NCBI RefSeq assembly: GCF_009914755.1
Contig: NC_060935.1
DNA length: 64,000 nucleotides
Direction: 5' to 3' (one strand)
Origin: the human T2T-CHM13v2.0 reference genome, Homo sapiens
Shown here: piece after piece, positions 1-64,000 of the stretch
Layout: each line of letters begins with the position of its first letter
How positions within the stretch are numbered: the first letter of the stretch is position 1
Made by a program: the position numbers and the translations under genes
The notes under the pieces: model-generated
The model's database searches: none
What the model was told of the DNA's origin: nothing
What the model saw: the letters and a program-made list of their open reading frames with translations, nothing else

Positions 1-454
1 GCTTCTATCATAGTAACAAATTATAGTATTAAAATATGTTCTCCAAACCCAGTCATTGGTTTGTTTCGATTTGTTTTTACTAAAACAAATTGACAACTAA
101 AATATAATTTTTCAAATAAAACCTTAACAATTATTTAAACAAAAAAAGAATACTGAGGCTTTTGATAAGTTATTTAAGTGTTAATTAACTGACGTACTTG
201 TATTTTGACTTTACATGGTTATAATTTTATAGATTTTCCTAAATATCTGTATTATGGTAAACAGCTCAACATATTTCATGTATATAACATTCTACACTGA
301 ATAAAATGGAGACACAGCCTTAGACACTCAAGATGCTTACTGTGTACAATGGAAACTAGACTAGCACATAGTCAATATTTGCAAGAAGTAAACATCAATA
401 AATGGCATTAAAATGCAAGGAAGAGTTTTAGAAAATATGATTTCAAAGTACTTA

Positions 455-7153
<6,699 letters not shown>

Positions 7154-7662
7154 TTAGCTGTGCGGCCGTGGATCCGCTTCCTTCTCGGCCTCCCTTTCCC
7201 ATCCCTGATTGGCTGCGAAGGCTATCGCGTCATTCGATGGCTCCTCCCAACTCCCAACTTCCGCGACGCAGGAAGCGCCCACAAAGGGAGGATGTCGCCG
7301 GCCAATGACATCCCGGAGCTCTCAGCGCGCGAAATCCGCTTTGAACCTGCCCCGCCCAAAGGTCTGCGGTCGCGGCTATTTCTAACAGCCAGTCCCAGGT
7401 TTGGCTGAGAGCGCCCCAATCCAATTGAGCAAATGTTCGCGAAAGGCTCGTTCTCTGCCGCAACTTTTTTTCCCTTGCTTTCTATTGGACTAAATCGTTA
7501 AGTCCCTCCTAATCCTATTTGTTATTGGCCAAAAGGTAAATACTTCACCTGGAGAGGCGTCCCCGAGGCAAATTCACGCTCTCTCCGGCGTTTAATCCGA
7601 GGGAACTCGTGGAGTGCTTTAACTTCGCCTTCGCTTTTGTTTTATCTCCATTACTCCCTTCG

Positions 7663-7677
7663 GTTGCCACTGGCGAC
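7663..7677. promoter_or_regulatory. RFX X-box-like element GTTGCC-ACT-GGCGAC
   Basis: Near-palindromic match to the GTNRCC-N(0-3)-RGYAAC consensus. Confidence 0.55.
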
Positions 7678-7795
7678 ACCACTACTCGCCCACGCTTCTT
7701 ACTGGAGGAGGCCCGACCCTCCGTAGAATCCCCGCAGAGCCGGCCTGTAACCCCGGCGTTGTCTGCCCCAGCGGGCCCCGTTACGCGCTACCTTG

Positions 7796-7803
7796 TGACG
7801 TCA
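7796..7803. promoter_or_regulatory. Palindromic CRE (TGACGTCA)
   Basis: Perfect CREB/ATF consensus about 290 nt upstream of the CEP57 ATG. Confidence 0.65.
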
Positions 7804-8091
7804 CCAGGGAAGAGGCGGATTCTCTCCTACTACAGAAAGACGTCTGCTGTTTTGATTGGCTAGGAAAGACGTCCGTTAGGACGTGTTGCCCTTTCTGTGT
7901 AAGCTGTGAGCGTAGGCGGCCCTGAGGGGGTGTGTTGCAGGGGTTTCCAAGCCCAGCACCAGCACCCTTACCCTTTTCCATCAGGGGTTCAGCCTAGGGT
8001 CCCCGCTGGTGGGCGGCTCCCGAGTCTTGGAGAAGAGCACGAGAACCTAGACCGCCCCCGAAGTGCGGAGACCCCCTGGGCAGGCTGAAAG

Positions 8092-48682
<40,591 letters not shown>

Positions 48683-50120
48683 CTCATAACCAGGTCAGAA
48701 ATTTTATTCAGATAATCTGTACCTCATCAATCAGATGATGACAATTTACTTCCCAGGTCTCATACTCACTTATGTTGGAATTAATTAATAGCAGGTGTTA
48801 AAGGACCCAGGCTTCATTACACAGGCTTTTCATGTATGCAGGATGACTCAATGTTAAAGCATTTAAATGGAAACCAGGGGAGTTTTAAAGCCCGAGAAAC
48901 CACACATAATCTTTTGTTGAGATGAGTTTGCTGTACTGACGCTGCACTTTGTAAACAGATTACCAGTTTTTTACTTGTGGGTGTGATTTTTTAAAATAGT
49001 TCTTTATATATAATTAAAATTAGGTTTAAATTTTCAAAATATGAGACTATGCTATAGGCAGTGCTTGCTTGAAAAGTCTCATTTTTAAATCTCCCTGGCA
49101 TGAGGTGCCCACTTCCCCTTTCCAAAGCAACCATTAAACATACTTTGTTTCTACTATTGGTGGAGTTTTTCTATATTTAAAAATACATATATATTTCAGA
49201 GGATTTTTATTTTGCTTTTTGGCATTTCAGACTTTGATCAGTGTTAAGTGCACTTGTATTGCTTTTTAATCTGTTAATTTTTTAAAGACCCAAGCAGTCA
49301 TTTTGAGTTATATCTATAAAAATTATAAAAGGATTTTTGAAAGTATAAACAAATTGTCAGTGAAATAAATGAGATTTTGGAATAAAGTGAGAATGGGAGA
49401 AGGGATATGTTGTGAGCATATACCTTCACAGTTCTTAATACCTGTTTTGTAATCATGATATTCAGTCAAGGCATTATGGTTTTTAATCTTGAAACTTAGA
49501 GAACCCTTTGAATATTTGCTTTTACTGGTGTACAGTATGAGTGGAATATGAACTGTACACATAATTATCATGTTGATATAAATCATAATTTCAACTAGAT
49601 CAAGACATGTTAACCTTTTATAAATTTAAAGTCAATAAAGCACCTTTTTAAAGGAAACACTGCAACTTTCCTTAACAGCCTGTTAATAAAGGCTTTGTGA
49701 CAAGCTCTCAAAAAATGCATTTCTAAATAGGAGGACATCAATGTATTGATGAAGAGAAAAAACTAGTACTTAGTTGCCACACTCATGCTTACATAGAAAG
49801 AGAGCCCAAGAATATTAGATTTCCTCATGATACAAGATACTACAGTAACAGGCTTTAATTTAGGATCCTTAGATTTTGGGGTATTATTTGTGACTCTCCT
49901 GAAATTGTAAACTTGTGCTTCTGTGTCCAGTTTTCTAATGAGTAGGTTCGTAGCTTGATTGAATTAATAATTGTGAGCCCATAGACACAAGGGAAGTGAG
50001 AAACAGTGCTCTGGTGACATGATAAATATATGTGTCAACCACCATTTCAACTATTAAAAACTCCTGTTATCTCCTTGTTTGAATTTCAGGTCATTAAATT
50101 GTATAACCATCATTTGAATT
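48683..50120 (+). other. CEP57: CEP57 3' UTR with tandem poly(A) signals
   Basis: AT-rich, no obvious repeats; AATAAA at 49364, 49381, 49634 and 49685, ATTAAA at 50053 and 50093; end position approximate. Confidence 0.7.
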
Positions 50121-50299
50121 GTAGTGGCTCTGAGTCCTAATTAGGAGAATGGTGATTGAATGATGCTAAATCCCACCCCTTTTCTCAGCTAGGATTCAAA
50201 CTGAACTACTCCAGCTTTTTGTACTGTCAGGTGAGAAGTGAAAAAATACTGCTTCCATTTTCTTATCTGCAAGTTTACAGTAGAGGAATGTGTCATCCA

Positions 50300-52714
50300 T
50301 CCACTTACGTTGTAACAGAGCTTTATTGCAATTCATTTCAAATAAGGTTATGTTTACAGACTTGTGGTAGACATGTGAATTGTTCATTCCAATATAATGT
50401 GAATTGCAGTGGTAGTAGCGGTATACACAGTGCTATGGGGGCACAGAGGAAGGTGGGGATGTCAGAGAAGGCAGTCGTGAATCAGATAACTTCCCAAAGG
50501 AAGAGATGATGCCTAAACTCTAGAAAATAGGAATTAGTCACAAGGGAGAACAGTTGTTCCAGGTGCACAAGACAGACTGAACCAAAGTGGGGAGGCAGGA
50601 ATCTGCAGATTACATGAGGCAATTGTGAACAGCAGAGTAGCATTGGTACGTAAAAGTTGAGGTATGCAGAGACTAGGTCGAAGGAGGCTAAGGAGCTTCA
50701 ACTTAATCATACTGGTCTCTAAATTTTGTAACCCTAATCAAAAAGGGAAAAAATTACACCTGCACAACCAATAGACATACGAAGTTATGAAACATGTAAC
50801 TGTCAATTCAAATATTTAAAAGTTTTGCTTGTGTAAATATATAAAAAGGGCTAGTATTCCTCCTCCCTCCCTCCCACACACACCAGTGGTATATATTAAA
50901 TGCCCAAGTGCATGTACTCCATATTGGAGACTTCTGCAGAAGGTGAGGGGAACCACTGGAAGGTTCTCAGCAGAGAAGTGGTAGGGTTGCACTTAGATTT
51001 CCCTGGCTTTTGATTTGAATTTGAAGTGGATGCAAGTATGTTAAGACTAGAAGCTTTAAATTCTTGATCTCTTCAGCCATTCTACATTCTTTTATGTGGT
51101 ATCAGGCCAAGATAACCAAGGTTTAAATGAGGAAAATGGCAGATGCATTTGTGAAATACTTGGAGTAGAAAGCTTAATTTTTAATTACTGATTTGCTAGC
51201 CACTTAAATGCCCTGTTAAAAAGCTTATATTTCACACAATTACCAAAGAAATCATTTTGGTACCAATTTTGCTAAATTGGATATACTAATAGAAATTTCC
51301 TCACTGCAAGACCAAGAGGGAGGCTAAGGTTCAGACTCTCTGTATAGTGAATTAGTGAGTGGAAAAACACTGTATATTTTAATTGTTTGATTTGGGTGTT
51401 GGTTAAGGAAAAATGGGTACAAACTGAACATTTTCATCTGGGGTGCATATTCCTCCAATAATTTCCAAATATTTCTGGGGAAAAAAAAGAAATGGCAACT
51501 TTGGACAAGAACAAAGTTTAAAAGTCAGTTGGAATTTCTTTTAATTAAAAGACCAAGGGGACAAGAAGCTCCTTTGTTACAGTACATTACATATGGCTCT
51601 TATGTAGAATAAAATAGACATCAGAGTCAAATGTTTCTACCAGCACCAAACTCTTACTTGTAGCAGGTGAACAGTGAAGCAAGATTTCTTTTACTGGCTT
51701 TGAGATTGTAATACATCTTTTACATGCAGTGTGTTCTTTGGTAGACTTAATCGTTGAGTGAAATTACAGAATTTGCAAAGGAAAAAAATGTAAAATTTGA
51801 GCACAGTACTTCTCACTATAAGCTATTTATACAGAATTCAGAAAAAATGTCAATCCTAGTAAGATTTTTAAATACTTCTTAAAAACTTGCTAATTAGCTT
51901 CTGTGTGTTCAGACACACAAGACAAGTGAAATACACTGTAGTAAATAATTAGTTTTTAAAATATCTTTCATGATGTTTCTGGTAATTGGGCTAATCTGAA
52001 GGGCATGGAATTCTTTGAACTCCTGTATGGCTACTTTCTCCCCTTCATTTTCCCCCAAGCACATCTATAAGGCCTCCCATTTTGGATCAACTTGCTAATA
52101 TGTCTTAAGTATGTAAATAATGACGGCAATAATTTTCAACTACTACCACACCGTAGTATCTTCAATACTTTGCCTTTTACTATATGAAGAATATGGAAGT
52201 TGAAAAGTGATCAAGGTAAATCAGTTACTGAAAAAAAGAAAAACCTAGAATGGAGAAAGGGATATCAAATGATTTTGATCTGTCATGACATCAAGGCCCA
52301 ATATATGTGATGCCACAGAATTTCAGTGTTGGTTTGAAAACTGATGTTCCTCTGCACAGTGAGCACAGAGTGTATTTCTAAAATGGTTTTAATATTACCA
52401 GATGCCAAAAATTTGTAACAGCATTTGCCTTTTAATAGAAACTTGTTCCCACTGTGAATCCAGGATTGAAGTATTTTAATATTCTTTGGATACTTAAAAG
52501 ATTAGTATCATAATCATGTAATTACATATGGAGTTACTTCACTTAAGCCACCTGCACTGCTACAGTTCTAAACTCATCCTAGAGAGATTTAAAATAAATA
52601 AAGTGACTGAACTTTCTCTCATAGATGGGTTCTAAATTCCGAAGACTTTCTACTCATAGAGCTGCCAGTGTAATCAAGAGTGTATAGCAATGATGCCCCT
52701 GATCTTACAGTCCT
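50300..52714 (-). other. MTMR2: MTMR2 3' UTR (~2.4 kb)
   Basis: Follows the TAA; minus-strand AATAAA at 50327-50322; end position approximate. Confidence 0.7.
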
Positions 52715-62615
<9,901 letters not shown>

Positions 62616-63685
62616 TTAAACAAGGTAAATACTTCCTTCTTCAAAATTTACTAATACAGCTTATCAGGGATCATTATTTCAATAACATGAGGAAAAACAT
62701 TTGTCCCTTCCTAAGAAGAATTTTTTTAAATGGTAGAAGATATATAAATTTTGCTTTTAAAACTAGAAAAACCTCATAATTGCTGACTCCTATTAATTTG
62801 CCCAACGAAATAGCCAAATCAAAAGTACCTTTGGGTGCTACATAAATCATGGTGTAAGATTCTTCTTAGAAAAGTTCTAAAGAGATCTGTTTCTAAGAAT
62901 CAAATATTCCATCATCTATTTAAATAAAAATAATTGATATAGCAATTGAAGCCTTTTTATGATTTAAAACAATGCTTAAACCAAATTGGGATAAGTACCT
63001 GAAAGCAATAATACTGGATCTCTTTAAAATACTCTATAGCATTTATTGTATTGTTTTGACTAAAGATTTTTATGTCACAGAGCATACAGCAAGCACAGTA
63101 TAAACTTTAGAGTGAGCTACTTTTCTGTAACACTATGCATGAAAATTCACAGAATATGTCAATCTGTTACTTAAAATAACTTCAGCTCTTATTTTTTTAA
63201 ATATGCAGAAATCCTTTGCAAAATAACTTACCTTTTCTGAAGTCAATCTTGAGTTAAAACTAAACATAATTAGATATAACCAAAAAAGAAACACAAAAGT
63301 ATGGTATCTTAAAAAAAAAAAAAAAAAAAAAGGACAATACAGCCCTATTCTTCTCTGCAATGGCCATATTGTATTATACTTGAAAAACAGTATAGTTCTA
63401 CATACGCAGATGAGAATGAAAGAAAACAGATTATTAAGCTTGGAAGTATGATAACCTCCCCTTGATCACAGCTATAAGCATATTCTGGAAATGGGGTACT
63501 ATGACGATCTTGACTATATATCAAGAGTCATTTGTAAGCCTGAAGTGCCTAGACCTCATTGTCCAATGATCCTAATTCAGTATCTTAAATAAATTCCACC
63601 TATAATTCTAGTGCATATACGAAGTTAAGAATCACTAACCCAAAGGCTTAGTTAAGATTGATCAGGAAGAGTTATCCAAAGTAGT

Positions 63686-64000
63686 AATTGTTCATTCATT
63701 CATTAAATAAACATTTATGGAGTCCCTTACTAGAAGGTAGATACTGCTCTAGGCACGGGCCATACAGCAGGGAACAAAGTTCCTGCTTACTGAAGTTTAC
63801 ATTCTATTTGGGTGAGGCCCACCAGTCACAAATAAACAAGGAAATATACAGTATACCAGATGGCAATAAGTGAAAACGCTCCATAGAAGTTATAGGGAAT
63901 GCTGGTAGAACTCTTATTTTGTAAAGAGGCTGGGAAAGGTCTCTCTCAGAAAGGTGATATTTGAGCAGAGACCAGAAGAGAGTGATTGAGTAAATAAACT
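63686..64000 (-). mobile_element. L2 3' end
   Basis: ttcattcattcattaaataaacatttatggagtcccttacta...gatactgctctaggcacggg, typical of an L2 tail. Confidence 0.7.

Overview
Primate (almost certainly human) genomic DNA, recognisable from its proteins as the FAM76B-CEP57-MTMR2 locus (human 11q21 from memory). Left: the 5' part of FAM76B on the minus strand (coding exons 1-5, including a His10 tract). It shares a CpG-island bidirectional promoter (~6.5-8.7 kb) with CEP57 on the plus strand. CEP57 is complete: 11 coding exons with GT-AG boundaries, 1503 nt, 500 aa, ATG at 8092 to TGA at 48682. Right: the 3' part of MTMR2 on the minus strand (last five exons, including the catalytic HCSDGWDRT motif and C-terminal QTVV). 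CEP57 and MTMR2 end tail-to-tail with poly(A) signals about 220 nt apart. The introns hold about 18 Alus or Alu monomers, a 5.3-kb L1PA4/5-like LINE-1, a near full-length Tigger2, MER82/MER44/MER2/MER8/Tigger3a/Charlie1/MADE1 DNA-transposon relics, THE1/MLT1/MER21 LTRs and a 5S rRNA pseudogene. Repeat subfamily names are by-eye matches to remembered consensus sequences and need RepeatMasker confirmation. I see no evidence for a wholly new biological system. The most interesting unexplained structures are: (i) an apparent ~217-bp 5' transduction carried by the intronic L1, revealed by a displaced target-site duplication; (ii) a candidate 9-nt in-frame microexon in FAM76B; (iii) cassette exons in CEP57 intron 1, one exonised from antisense L1 and giving an alternative N-terminus; (iv) a tailless, TSD-flanked 5S retrocopy; (v) a palindromic microsatellite born inside one copy of an Alu TSD.
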